64,000 bases of DNA from Euglena gracilis (taxonomy: Eukaryota), in contig CP154954.1 in assembly GCA_039621445.1 (NCBI GenBank), positions 13,076,716-13,140,715 of the forward strand, written 5' to 3'. This document shows, piece after piece, positions 1 to 13,288 of this stretch (positions within the stretch are counted from its first letter, which is position 1; each line of letters begins with the position of its first letter). Made by a program: the position numbers and the translations under genes. The notes under the pieces were generated by a model. That model was given only the letters and a program-made list of their open reading frames with translations. It had not been told where the DNA came from and ran no database searches.

Positions 1-2812
1 CCCTGAACCTGTCAGCTGTGGAAGGAGGTCTGTAGTTGGTGGCAAGTTGTCCACACTGCCCCCCTTGTTAAGTTTTCTGTGACACCCGCTTTTCGGCGCC
101 GAAGGTGCCGAAAATTTTTTTTGAAAAAGTGGGTGCCCCCCCAGGGGGTGGGTGGGTGGGTGGGAGGGGACCCCGCCTCCCGCCCCCCAGTCTTAAATAA
201 TCCCCAAGGGATGCATTGTGCCTCATTTTTGGACTAAAAATTTGGGGTCCTAGAGGGCACTTTAAATTTGAAATTGTGAGGATAAATCCTGGAAGTGCCA
301 TTTCTTTTGATCTTTCAGGGGTGAAAAATTAGTTTTTTTGCAGGCTCAAATTGCAATTTTGTGTTGTGTTTAAGATTTACAAAGTATCTCTCACCCAAGG
401 ATGCGCGAAATTCCAGTAATGCCGCATTCTCTAAGTGGGGTTTGTGTTAAATTTTGAAGTTGCACAAGTGGTTGGTGTGCGCAAATGTGCAAACCGACCA
501 GACAAATCATCTGTGCTATGTTTGCAAACAAATTATTTCCAGTTATTCCCGTTTTCACAACATTCAAATCTCAGCCGGCACATACGGCCGGTTTACACAC
601 GTGTGCACAAATGGACCATTTGCGCAAATGCACACACCAACTGCCAATTTTCTCATGGTGGCATGTGAGTCCAAGGATGGAAAAACTCCAGAAAGTGACA
701 CCCCTCCTCTGTTGGGCCCAATTTGACCAGGTCCAAATACATGGGCGGGGCGGGTAGCACAATTTTTGTATCTGGAATATTCAGCAACGGACCCAAAAAG
801 TGGACTTGGTGGATGCATATTTTGAAGCCTTGAAGCCTCCCCCCGTGGTTCAGACACAAAATGCCACTAATTTAATCATCCTGATAAAAAATCACCCTCT
901 CCCCCGGGGCCTTGGTTCCGCCCTGCCGGTGGTCAACGGCCCAGTCCTCGTCTGGTGTGGGTCCTGCTCATATCTACCCATACACTGGGCTGCATGCTGT
1001 CTGCCAAATGAACCGACATGACCAACGACAGGGCGGGAAAACTATTGTTAGATATTTTGGTTTTTGAAATATTTTAAAGATTGGCGACCTGTGAGGGGAG
1101 GGAGGGGTTGCCCCCCCCCCCCCCACCGACCTGTGTCTGGGGGTGGTTGGGTGGTTGGGTGCCGAACCTCCTCCCCTACTTTTTAATTTGGGTAGGTCTG
1201 CCCCTTGGCTGAGGGGGTCTCAGGCCTATTTGAATGGATGAAAGGCGGGATTTTTTGAAGTTTGGAACCCTGGTGGGTTGGGTGTGTCTGCTGGACTCCC
1301 TCCCCTCCCTTCCAAGGGCCAGTCCCTCTGGCAGAGGAGGGTTTTAGTCATTTTTGGTCTATTTTTTAACCATAAAATTGGCCCCGCAAAAAAAAGTGGG
1401 TCCCCGGACTCCGCCCCGTCGGTGGGGAGGTAGCTGCAGAGGTAGCCCCTGCGTTGTTGGGGGGGACCACCCCTTAAAACAAAATTCCACATGGGGGGCC
1501 TTAACTCTGATCCGCGCAGCCTGGTGGGCCGCGACGCAAAGCCTGGCGGGTCACGTTGAAGCCCTGAAGGAGCGTCGCCTCCGCTACAGTCATCTCCTCT
1601 CCCTTTGCACTGGCACCGCCTTGCGCCGACCCACGATACCCCCCCCTCCCTTGCCCACCGACAACCCCCGGTCGGGGGTTGCAGGTCAAGGGGTGGTTAT
1701 GATCACCCCCCTCTGGTCATTGTTGTAGTAACCGAGTCATTGACAAGGAGGGGGGAACGGGTACCGTACAACAACCTACCAGGGCATACCCAAACAAACA
1801 AAACATTCCAAACATGTCCGACGGGGTCGGAGATGTGGGTTCTCGATCCGAATGCAGGGAGGGAGGGGAGGTTTTCCACAGCTTTTATGCCAGTCGGACG
1901 TGGCAGTCTTTTAAGATGGCCCATTTTTTTGGCTTTGTATCCATTCATCCAGCCTTTACGGTCCCCCCAAACCGACCAATTTGATGCAGATATTCATCCC
2001 CTGCTCAACGAGGGGTGAAACATGAATAGTCCTCTGGGGTAATGTTTGACAGAAATCAAGTGAAGTGATATTTTTTTACGATGGAACATTCTTCATTTCG
2101 GCTCCTCTACCGAGAACCAAAATATTGTCCTTTTTTTCATTTTCGCATTTTGTTGGTCAACAAAACGTCACATATTTTTAAGCAAAATGTAAAATGTTCC
2201 TCAGCAGAGCTGAAATTTTTTGTAAGTCGTCTCCAGTGAAAAGTGCACATGTGTAAATTTTCTGTGTTTTTTTGTGTTTGTTAGCGTTTTTATTTTGTGT
2301 TTTTTTTTGTGTCGTGTTTTTTTCAGGGTCTTGTTGTTTGAGGCTCACCTGGTGGCAGGTTTTTAGTGTTGGTGTTGTTGTCCTCCTTGTGGTTCAGGTG
2401 TTCAACAATAAATGACATATTTGCCAAAGGACAAATCGAGTGAGTTATGATCTATCTGCAGGTGTGGCTGCTATGGGAGTGCCAGTGGTCACCTGTTTTG
2501 GCTTGCCAGGCTGCTGGTTTCTGTCCCTTTCTCCGAAAGAAGCCCGTTGCCCACTGCAGGAATACCACGTCTGATGCGACCCAGGCGCTTCCTTTGAAGC
2601 TATACCCCCCTTGACCAACCACCCTCCCTGGTTTTTGTGCAGATGTTGTTTCAACAAGTGTGGGAAGAATTGTGTGTTCAAATTTTCTTGTTGCATTTAT
2701 ATGTGTTCACAGCAGCATTTATTTGTCATTTGTTGGGAGAACCACCATAAAATGGCTGAAGATGCCAAAATTGCCCGAAAAAATGTCCCAGCAAATGTGG
2801 AATCCGAACTTT

Positions 2813-2905
2813 TGGTTACCTTGCCCTCCACGGAGGTTGGTTACCTTGAGCCTCCGCGGAGCCTGGTTACCTTTAGCCTCCGCGGAGGCTCCGCGGAGGC
2901 AACCT
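2813..2905. repeat. Tandem GGTTACCTT..GCCTCCGCGGAGG units with palindromic cores
   Basis: 3-4 visible copies. Confidence 0.75.
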
Positions 2906-4561
2906 ATAAGTTAGGATTCCACTTTTGCAATAGACCCCCTGAAAAAAGGACATTTTTTATTTACATTACATTAATATCACATTTACGTTGATATTTATTT
3001 TATGACCAAAAAAATGGTTACAAAGCGCCAAAAAAAGGTTAAAATTGACGGTTTTTTTTTGCGTTTTTTGCTCATTTTTACGCATTTTTGCACATTTTTT
3101 TCGAGGCCGGGCTAGTGCATCCCCCCCCCCAGGGCTCAGGGTCCAAATAAAAGCGCACCTCCTGTTATTGAACGCCGCGAAGCGCACCGCCATTTTGATG
3201 GTAGTTCTGAAGGAAATCAACAAAAATTAGACAGGTAGGGTCCAAATAGAAGCGGACCCCCTGTGTTGGAGGTGGTAGTCCACTATAAACGCACCCTCAC
3301 TTCAATTAGGAGAGGGGGGTTAGTGGTCGTTGCACCAGGGGAGAGGGAGGCATGATCTGCTTACTCATGTCCATGGGTATCAGTGCATTTTTTTTTTGAA
3401 ATTTCATGCCCCACCCCCTTACCAACCGACTACCCTTAAATACCGACCACCCGGTCAGGGTTTGCCTGTTACGCTGTATATATGAGAGCCCCCCCCCCTC
3501 GTTGGGCGTTGTAGGAACCTGGTCGATGGGCAAGGGGTGGGTGGGGGCAGGTACCAGACGGATTTGAGCACTGGCCTTGCACCATGCTCCTTGTCATCAG
3601 CACTAAAATGATTTGGCTTGTGGAGACGCTTGGAGCCGTGGTCCGCAACGCAGCGTAATGCAGTGTACGCTTTGCGTACCCTTCAGCTCAGTTGGGCATG
3701 GGCATTCGTCCTTCCCCCCCCCTTCCTCAGTGCTCTCTTGCTGTGCGAATGCGCCAAGGTCCGGCATATTGTGTTTGAAAACCCCACCCAGAACGACAAA
3801 TATTTGTGGTTTTCTGGTTGAGACCATGGGCCAGTCTCACATCGCACGCATATTCACTCACGCAACCATTTACATCACGGAAATAATAATAAGTGATAAT
3901 GTGCATACCTCTCTTTTGTGGCTTTTCATTGTTATCGTACCCCCTTGAGCTATCAAAACCACAAGCGAGGCTTCCCAAATGTTTGGCTTCAGGAATTATG
4001 GGAATCGTGTTACATTCGTCCCACACAACCCAGCAAACCTGGAAACGTTTAAAAGAGGCCTACTTGCTGTATGGCCGTCCCACAAAAGCTCCCTCTGGCC
4101 TGGAGATTTTTCCAGCATTTAAATAGAGTTTGAGTTTTGACAATTTAACAGCACACATTTTTCCCGTTTTTGGTGTGGATGGCCCAGGGGAAGGGAGTTT
4201 TATGTTTGGTGTTGTATTGTGGATTGTTGGATAACGCTAACCCTGACCCTGACTCTAACCCTAACCTGTGTTATCGTGTGACGAGGGCAGCCGTGAATCT
4301 TTCCCGGGTTTGAATGAAAACACCTTTTCCAGACTGCGGTTGGAATGAAGTTGCGTCCGATATTATTATTGTCTTCCTTCCGATCTTGTTATTGTCCTCT
4401 CCATGGAGGGTCGTACACCGCCATGGGTTTCAGCACTAAATCGACCAGGGTGCTGTCAGTCCCATATTCCCCTCAAGAACATTTATGGCCTGAGTTGGCC
4501 GACACAGCCTGGCCTGACTTGGGTAATATTTTCATTTTCCCGTGCTTGATGGTATACATTC

Positions 4562-4831
4562 CAGGCTTGCGCTTAGTCGGTGCCTACCCCACGGGGGGGG
4601 GGGGGTGGTGCTAGGGGCAGGCACCCCATAGCACCCGGAGGGGGCCTGCCCATAGCAGGCACCCCCCCTCCGACCCCGGCGCCGAAGGCACCGGGGGCCC
4701 AGAAAAGGCCATTTTCAATGAAAATTTTCTGGGTCCCCCCCTATCCCCCCCCGGGGGGGGTGCCTGCTAGGAGCAGGCACCCTATAGCACCCACCCCCCC
4801 TCCCCCCCCCCGGTTGGTAAGCACAAGCATG
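4562..4831. mobile_element. Non-autonomous hAT-like MITE (family A)
   Basis: TIR CAGGCTTGCGCTTA/TAAGCACAAGCATG, perfect 8-bp TSD ATACATTC. Confidence 0.85.
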
Positions 4832-6796
4832 ATACATTCGGTCCCATACGTGCTGGTTTTTCACGTTGGGAAGTTCGCCTCCCCTGGTGTCGGAGGCTGC
4901 AGGTGCTTGGGAGGAGCAGGAGCTTGACCCGAGCACACAGCGGCGATGGGCTCGACCGGCACACCACCGGTAGAGACTGCCTTGACCCTGCTGCAGCTGA
5001 ACCCGGGAACAAAACCCGGAGATGGTAGCCCCACCTGACCCCGACTTGCTGTCCCCGCACGATAGCAGGTTGGCAAAAGCAAGTTCTGGTTTCCAACTTC
5101 GTCCGTGTTGATTTTTTGTCTCATCTTAGGCAAAAATGAATTATTGGGGTGATTGTTTTCTCCAGAAAAAAGCTGCGTTCCAAGAAAATGGCATTGACAC
5201 AGGAGGGGTGGGGGCGCATCCTGCTCCTTAATGAGGGCAGTGGGAAGGAGCGTTTGGGCTCTGGTCCCAGCGTTCACTTCTGAAGAATGACGATGAACGC
5301 ATTGAACGAATGAACGAATACAAGACTGTTTCCATGAGACAGCCTTTGCTGCAGCTGGGAGCTCAGGTCGCTGGGTTGAGGTTGCTTCCTAAAACTTCTT
5401 CACAATTGCTGCTCACAAAGGTGAAACGAGGGAGGGTGAAAGGGCGGGTGTCTGTGATGCGTTGAGAGTGGACGTTGCCAAAAACCACAAATTTCTGATG
5501 CGAGGAAGGCTGTGGAACAGGATCCTCGGCCTGCACATCCTCCGGCTCTGCAACGCTGAAATCACGGACCTCAGAGGAACAGCGACATTGGGTGGCAAAC
5601 AAAACATGGCTCACAAGCAAGCAGCCCTGATGATGCTGGCGCTGCTGGGCGATGCTGGTTTTTTGGAGGCCAGAGGTGGGGTTCCGGTGCTGGGCGATGC
5701 AGGCCGACCGGGGGGGGGGATTTGAACGGGAAAAAATCTTGTGGAAAACTTCTGGATGAAATGTGAAAATTTTGTTTGAAGGTTTTTTCGCACCATTTTT
5801 AAGGATCCGTGGTAATGGTAATTTAGGAAGAATAGTCAATTTCTTCTTGTGAACACCAAAAAAAATTATTTGGCGCTTCGCGCCAATTCTGGGAACAAAC
5901 TTTTGTTCCAAATCACCTGTTTAAATGTGCACTGATCATCCAAAATGAAAGAATATATTTTATTTGCTTATTTTGAAATTTTGGAGTTTAGGATTTAACC
6001 ATTATTTGAACGTTGTATTGGAGGAAACCTCGGAATTTTGATGTGAATTCTGATGGCTTTTTCTGAGAAATGGGTTCAGAAGTTTTTTCCGTCCAGAATT
6101 CTTGGCCATTCTTCGGATGAATTTTTGACAATTTGGGGCCATTTTGTGATAATTTGGGGAGTATTTGGCTAATTTGGGTCAATACGAAATGTGACAGCGG
6201 TGAATATTTGGCTAATGTTTGGTTAATATGAAATGTTATGGCCAGGATGCAGACACTGGAGAGTGGCTGGAGAGGATGCAGATATTTGAGTGCATGCAGT
6301 TAGTGCAGGTGTCGGAAGTAACCCTCCCCCAAATAAAACTCCCCAAATAATCAGGGCGGTCCATAAGGGAAGTTCTTTTCCCCTAAAGGACCGCCCCTTA
6401 AGGACTGCCCTTTGGCCTAAGGGACGGCCAACGGCCGATCTGAGAATCGAATGGGGTCGGGTGGATGCGCGATGGTCCAAGGACACCAGAAATCACTTTT
6501 TCCCCCCAAAATCGACCCATTTTCGATATGGCTTTTTTTCGTCAGTTTTCCCTATTGAATTTTCGTTGAATGTGCTGGGACGGGAAGTTTTTTTTTTCGT
6601 TAAATTTTTTTTCCCTGCAAATGATACTCCCCAAATGATTTTCAAAAGAAATAATGATGCCTCTCCGACCTGTATTTTCACCAAAAAAAAATGTGGTTGA
6701 AAATCAGGATTCATGGCGATAAATGACCTAAAAAAATGTGGGTTTTTGTTGACCATGGGACACAAATATGTCAGTTTTTGCTTTAATAAAGTGGGG

Positions 6797-7324
6797 TGTT
6801 TTTGGGTGGTTATTTTGGGTCGTGTTGATTTTTGAAAGTTTTCGAAAATTTCGAAAAGAAATTAAAAATGAATGATACTCACCCCAAATAATGCCTCCTT
6901 GGACGGGGATTTCAGGCGAAAAAATCCCCCGGGGGGCATTATTTGGAGCAGACCATCATTTAGTGCGTATCACAACGTATCTGTGATACATTAATTTTAT
7001 TTTGGTGATACATATGTTAAACACTTAAAAAAATTTGGTGATATATATGTGATACACAATTGTTTTTGGGTGGTTATTTTGGGTCGTGTTGATTTTTGAA
7101 AGTTTTCGAAAATTTCGAAAAGAAATTAAAAATGAATGATACTCACCCCAAATAATGCCTCCTTGGACGGGGATTTCAGGCGAAAAAATCCCCCGGGGGG
7201 CATTATTTGGAGCAGACCATCATTTAGTGCGTATCACAACGTATCTGTGATACATTAATTTTATTTTGGTGATACATATGTGATACATTTAAAAGAATTT
7301 GGTGATATATATGTGATACACAAA
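6797..7324 (+). repeat. Near-perfect tandem duplication, unit about 264 bp
   Basis: TTTGGGTGGTTATTTTGGGTCGTG... occurs at 6801 and again at 7065. Confidence 0.9.
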
Positions 7325-8352
7325 TTTTTTTGTCTTTTTTTGTCAGCAAATTTCTCAGCCGCTCCTTCCAAAGGGAACCTTAAAAACGCGGAAGACAGGA
7401 TTCCGAGACAACAATTCCTCCAACCATTGACAAGAGTACACCCCACAAATAATACCCCCCGGGGTATTATTTTTCGCCCGAAGTCCCCCGAGGGGGGGGG
7501 GTATTATTTGGGGAGGGGTATTATTTCCCAAAATTTTTCGAAATTTTTCGAAGTCCCGTAAGTCCCAAATAGCACCCTTTGGGGTCATTTTTTGTACTTT
7601 CTCATAAAATTTAGCATTTTTGGAGGCCAGATGATCAAGAAAAATCGAAATTTTTCGTAGTTTGTTGTCAGAGATTGTTATTTTTACCCAACTTTTCAGG
7701 TCAAAATCCGGGTCGTCGGCCCGAGATTTGGGGGTGTTAATTCGGTGGCCGAAGTCGGACCCCGTATGGGGGAGTATTATTTGAGGGGGTGTTATTTGGG
7801 GGGAGGGTCAACCTCTTCCCTCCCGGGCGCTTGGCCCGGGCCATGATTGAAGGTAAAGCCAGGGGGCTAACCTTAGGGGGGCCAAGTTTGCATGTTAAGA
7901 ATTTTGGCGGCCATGTGCAAAGGGCCAAAAGCCAATTTTAGGGGGTTAAGTTTGCATGTAAGGAGGAGTGGGGCCAAGCGCCCGGGGGGGGGGGAGGTAA
8001 TCATTATAACCCCGACTACAGATTGGAAAAACTTTTGCCGGGGGAATTGGCGAGTCGTAACACATTGCCGAAAGCATTATCACAAGAAAAATGTTCCAAT
8101 TGTCTGCAGAGAGGCAAAGAAACAAGGATGAAAAGCGGAACAGAAAGGGGAAAAAACATTTTGATGTAAAAAAGGAAATGTTTATGAAAAAAAATTGGTG
8201 ATACACATGTGATACATAAAAATTTTATTGGTGATACATATGTGATACATTAAAAAAATTTTGGTGATACATACGGGATACATTAATTTTTAGGGTGTGA
8301 TACATGTGATACATAAAAAAAATTTTGGTCATATATACTAAATGGAGGTCTG
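7213..8352. mobile_element. hAT-like element with GTGATAC subterminal repeats. The left end is duplicated at 6949
   Basis: TIR CAGACCATCATTTAGT/ACTAAATGGAGGTCTG, perfect TSD ATTTGGAG. Confidence 0.85.
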
Positions 8353-9768
8353 ATTTGGAGGGGGGGGCTGGACTGGAGTGGATGCAGGCACATGGATATA
8401 GATATTGAAGTAGATGGGTGGATGCAAGTTGGAGGCATTGGAGTGAATTTGGATGCAGATATTGGAGTGGAAGGAGCGGACAATGGTATTTGAGTGGATA
8501 CAGATACTGGAGTGGGTGTTGGTATTAGATTGAAGGAAGGCACCAGAGTGGATAGTGGTATTGGAATGGTTGGAGCTGGTACGGCTGCGCAAGTGTGGAT
8601 GCAGGTACGTACGGGAGTGGATACGAGTATTGAAGCAAAGAAGACCAAAATGGGAAGATGCTTGTGGCTGGCCAAAAGTGGACTAAAGTGGTTTGAAACT
8701 GGCCGATCAAAGTGGCCTTGGCCTGGCAGTCACAAGTGGCCAGACAGTAAATTAGACGCCATCAAAAAGCCATCTAGCAGTGGCCAACAGTGTGGGTGAA
8801 ATTGGGCAACAGTGGCCAAAAGTGGCCATGTGTGGCTGAAAGTGGGGAAAGGTGGATGAAACGGACACAGGTGTTGTAATGGATGCAGCAGATGCCCCCC
8901 CACCCCCCCTGCTGGACCGTGAGGCGGGGAGGGTCTGACCTACACCCCACCTGCCTTTCTGTCGAACCCTGGGTGGGGGGGGATATTGTGGGCTCCATTT
9001 TAAGCCACCAGTTGGGGACGGGGTGAAGGAAGCGGACAAGATGCAGAAACAATCAATCACACCGAAGGACGGCGTTGGGTGACCAAGTGACAATGAGGGC
9101 ATTAGGACGTGTTCAAAGAAAATTAACGTGTTTTGATCCAATTCCGCACGGATGGATTTCTTCCGGGGGCGACGCGTGCCAACCGACCCATACCTACACC
9201 ATATGCTTGGTGCGGTGAGTGCATGAGGCTTCTTTTTTAGTCATATTTGCTTTCACAGAAAGTTTTTTCTGCAATTTTGATATCTATGCTCAAGTATCAC
9301 GGTATTGTTCTGGGACAAAAATTACTCCAGCACGCGCATATGTGTTCCATGCAATGCAACTTGTCGGCCAATAATTTACCAAAGCTGGGGTGGGATTTTT
9401 TTTCTTCTAATGAAGGTTTTTTGGGTTATTTCGCTTATTCATTATTTCCTCATTTGGCTCCTGCCTCCCCCCACCACATGCCCCCCCCCCCAGGCACTTG
9501 GTCCCCCTCCCTTGGCCCCCATAAACTTGGCCTCCAGCCTTACCTTGCGATATTGGCCTTGTAGGCTTTTTGGCCTGTTTTGTCTTTTTCCGACAAAACA
9601 CATACCGTAATATGCTAATTTGACCTCCACCAGTTTGGCCCCCGGCTTCACCTTCAATTGTGGACGAGGGGAGGTACCTCATAATTCCAGGTTTCTGACG
9701 TAAAAGAAGTCTCCCCAGCCAGCTCCAGCCCCAGCCCGATGGGAGGGTCTCCCATTTGTCCTCCCCAG

Positions 9769-9844
9769 GGAGAGACATCGTTGGGTCGCCCCGCAGCAAG
9801 GACCTGTTCAGCGCTCCTGCTGCCCAGCCCGTTTGGCGCTCCAG
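9769..9844 (+). CDS. Probable internal exon of an uncharacterised gene (RDIVGSPRSKDLFSAPAAQPVWRS)
   Basis: Pyrimidine-rich acceptor tcctccccAG, donor AG|GTCATT, open GC-rich frame. Confidence 0.45.
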
Positions 9845-12800
9845 GTCATTGATTCACTTAACACCCGTTTTGCCCCCCCAGGAGGGGTATTCGGGAATGG
9901 GTGGGTGGGTTGGGCCCTGGAAACCCCCCGGTGGGGGTCAGATTTTGGCCCGGCCGCAAAAAATTTTTCGGCATTTTTTTTTGGGCTGGGTTTTGGGTGG
10001 GTGGGTGGGTGGGTGGGTGGGTGGGTGGGTGGGTGGGTGGTTAACCCCCCAGGGCTCAGGTTGTGGGAGGGTGGGTTTTCAAAAAAAGCGGGTGGGTTGG
10101 TTTGGGCCCGAGGAAAAGGGACCCCCCGGTATGCCCCGGTATGGACACTAAGTGAATCTGTGGTCCGGGGCTGTGGGTCTGACCGCCGCCCCCGGGCCCC
10201 TCACACGCTGCTCTGCTGTCGACCGGTGACCAGCCACGACGGGAGCGCTTTAATTTGGTGTTCTCCGAGGTTGACATTTTCTTGGCCAGGAAGGCTTCCC
10301 GGGGGATAGCCAATTTGATAGTTTGTGTCAACGAGCAGAGAGATATGATTGCTGTTGTAGACTGGTTGGTGCCAAGGTTTCAGAGTTCCAAGAAGAAAAT
10401 GTATTAGCAGAAAATTGTCTTATAGCAGCGACAGTGGTGATGGTGATGGTGGTAAATGTGGAGACAATACATGTGGTGATGACGGCAGTATCATTCGCCC
10501 CAAATAATTTCAGCGGGAATGTGCGGTGCATGAAATATGCGGTACAAAAATTGGCGCAAAGTGGTAATTTGAAAAAAGGAGTAAAAATAGCAAAAATAAA
10601 AAATAAAAATGACCTTTTTTGAAGGTCATTTTTGGGTTATTACCTCAAATTTTTGTTTTTCAAAAATGCAACTCAGCTGGATTTGGGCTTTTTTTGCCTG
10701 TTTTCGGGTTCCAGTCCATCCCCAGCAGCTGGTAGACCCCCCAACCTTGACCCCCCAAGGGGGTTTCATAAGCACCTTTTTTTTGGCAGCACCTTCCGAA
10801 CGGCCGGCTGGATCCTCCAGGGGTCCAGAAGAAACTCCCTTGTCAGCGTATTGTCCCTATTATCCCTATTGTCCAGCGTTGGGGACAATAGGGAAACCAC
10901 ATTAGACCTCATCGGTATTTCTAAACTCACAGAACGAGTTGCCCTCCGGACCCGGCTTAGCAATAGGGGGATACGCGGAACGCATTTTGTGGATGTTTCG
11001 CATATTTGGCGCATATTTATTTCTGGACATATTTCTCATATTCTACATATTTTCAATTATTAGTATTTTTTTTCCAAATTTGAATAAGATTTTGTGGTTT
11101 TCTTGAAATTCTGCAAATTTCTGCAAAACACCAGATATTATCGCAAAAATTTTGAGTTGCTTTGATTTTTTTTCTTTTGTGCAAAGACAGCTAAACCCCA
11201 GACATCTGTGAAAAAATTGTCTTCTTATTATAATTTATCATGGATCGGTGTTGTAGCAGACAACAATTGTTGTGGTGAATTTTCTGAATAGTTAGCGCAT
11301 ATTTAGCACATATTCTTATATTTCCATTTTTTTTGCATATTTAGGTCCCCAAAATTCCCCCCCCACCCGGTCTTCGGTTTTCCTTTTTTTTTCTGTTCAT
11401 TTTAAGTTTCACAAAACGCCCACCGGGATGCAATGGTTTTCCTGTCTACTACCCTCCATGTGGCCCGACGCCTTCCCACTGCTGAATGCCTTCCCACGTA
11501 TTCACTAACCCTTGTCCCAGGGTGGTGGGTAGGTAGGTTTTCGGGGTAGGTGGACATGGGGGGCTATTGAACCCCTTCCCACTGAGCAGGTGGGTTACAC
11601 CTGTCAGTACTGCATCCAGTTAATCTGGGTCAGTCAAATATCCGCACAGAATATTGCAAACGTTTTCGTGCCATTTTGGGTGTGTTTGCAGTGGGTGGTT
11701 GTTTGAGTCTACTCCCCTTGGACAAGCTCCTGTAAAATGACTGGGTGTGACTGGGCGTGACTGGAAGTGACTGGTTCTGAGACTCTGACCATAGCACATA
11801 GGTGCTTGCCCTTTGACGGGGGGTCTGGACTAAAAAAGGGAATTTTTCATAACCAAAAAATATTCCAGCAAAATTCCAAAAAAAAACCCGGGAAAAAACG
11901 TCAAAAAAAAAAGCCCGCAAATTTTGCCAAAATCGAAAAACACAAAAAAAAACACAACAGCGTGTTTGCGTTTGTCCCCCGTGCTGTAGTAGTTCCCCCC
12001 CTTGCCCGGTTCCCGCCCTGATAATGATAATAGTGGGTGGGCAGGTTTGCTGGGACAGTGTCCACCTTCCCTGGGGGCTCGCCAAATGGATCCGTGGTTT
12101 TGGTCCCGCCCGAACGCCCACTGCGGTTCCCCTGTCTGGCTGACCCCCAACCCTGCGTTGCGTTCCTGCCCTGGTCCTGGTTTGGCTTGGTCTGACTGGT
12201 CAACCGGGAAATATCCGCAGAAATGAATCCGGTGTTTCAGGCAAAGCTTTTGGGAAAGTTCGAGAATTGTGTCTTTTCGAACGGTGTAAAGTCTATTGCA
12301 TACTAAAGTATAATAAAGCTTATTGAGTAATAAAGCGTAAGAAACAGTAGTTACACATAAACCAACAATTTGTTTTCCCCCCATTTGTTATTCAGTTTCA
12401 AGCTGCAGTTCATTTTGATGTGTTTAATATTTTTAATGCTCGGTTTGGATGTGGCAAGCATTGCGGATATCGATCAAATCCTGTTTACCAAGAAGTGCAT
12501 TCCGCATTCTGCGATCCTCATTGTTTCCCGTTCTGATGCGCAATTTCCTTGTTGCCACCGACAGCTCCTCTCCGCCTTCTACTCCTTCCTGGCAACCCCC
12601 CAGCGGCAGGGCTGAATGGGAATCCCAGAAACGCTGCCCCCCCCCTGCCAACGACCACCATATTCAACGACCACACAGTCGGGGTTGCAGGTCAGGGGGT
12701 GCGTACAACCACCCCTCCTGGTCGGGGGTTATAGGAATCTGGGGGTGGAGCCCCTCACCACTTCCCGTTTCCAGAAACCGGAAATATTCTGGGAAAAAAG

Positions 12801-13095
12801 TTGGGAAAGTGAGACCACCAATTCTCAGACCCCAAGTTCCAGGTCTCAGGTCGGGCCCAATCAGGCTTCCTTTCAGCGAACCTCGCATGGTGCGTGTTAT
12901 GGGTCAGGAGGGGGGTAGTGCGTCTCCCCCCGGCTTTTGGTGCTGGACAGTGCTGTGGCACACCCAGCCTGGCGCCTTCGGGGCCCGAAACTGGCCATTT
13001 TCAACAGAATGTTGGCGGCGACGGGGTCGGCCGGGCCGGAACCCAAAACCAAACCCCGGGGGAGGTGTGCCTGCCCCGAGCAAGCCCCCCCCCCC

Positions 13096-13167
13096 GGGCC
13101 CGTCCTGCCCGGCACGGCGTCCTCGGCATTCGGTCCGAGTGCCGCCGGCGCCGCCTCCCGGAGGTGC

Positions 13168-13202
<35 letters not shown>

Positions 13203-13288
13203 CCGGGTCGACAGCCGGCCAGGCGGCGTGTCCTCCCGGGTGCCTGATCTAATGGCAGAGACCCAGGAACAGGAATCCATGACCACAA
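13096..13288 (+). CDS. Two probable exons (about 13096-13163 and 13215-13288) split by a 51-nt poly-C GT-AG intron
   Basis: GPVLPGTASSAFGPSAAGAASR then AG|GTGCGG-polyC-GACAG|C, then RPGGVSSRVPDLMAETQEQESM. Outer boundaries are approximate. Confidence 0.4.

Larger units (their letters stand above)
6321..8368. mobile_element. Outer TIR element of the CCCCAAATAAT family that hosts nested insertions
   Basis: Left end ACCCTCCCCCCAAATAA. The right end ATTATTTGGAGGGGGG is split by the hAT insertion. Similar ends occur at ~7440-7808, 18530-18605, 52980, 56210 and 61160. Confidence 0.55.

Noticed and set aside
4237-4266. TAACCC telomere-like motifs (also ~52088)
   Set aside because: Only 2-4 degenerate units. 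Not evidence of a chromosome end.
8283-8799. P/T/S/I-rich and G/V-rich ORFs
   Set aside because: Degenerate GGAGTGGAT repeat with related fragments elsewhere (6260, 17335, 31190).
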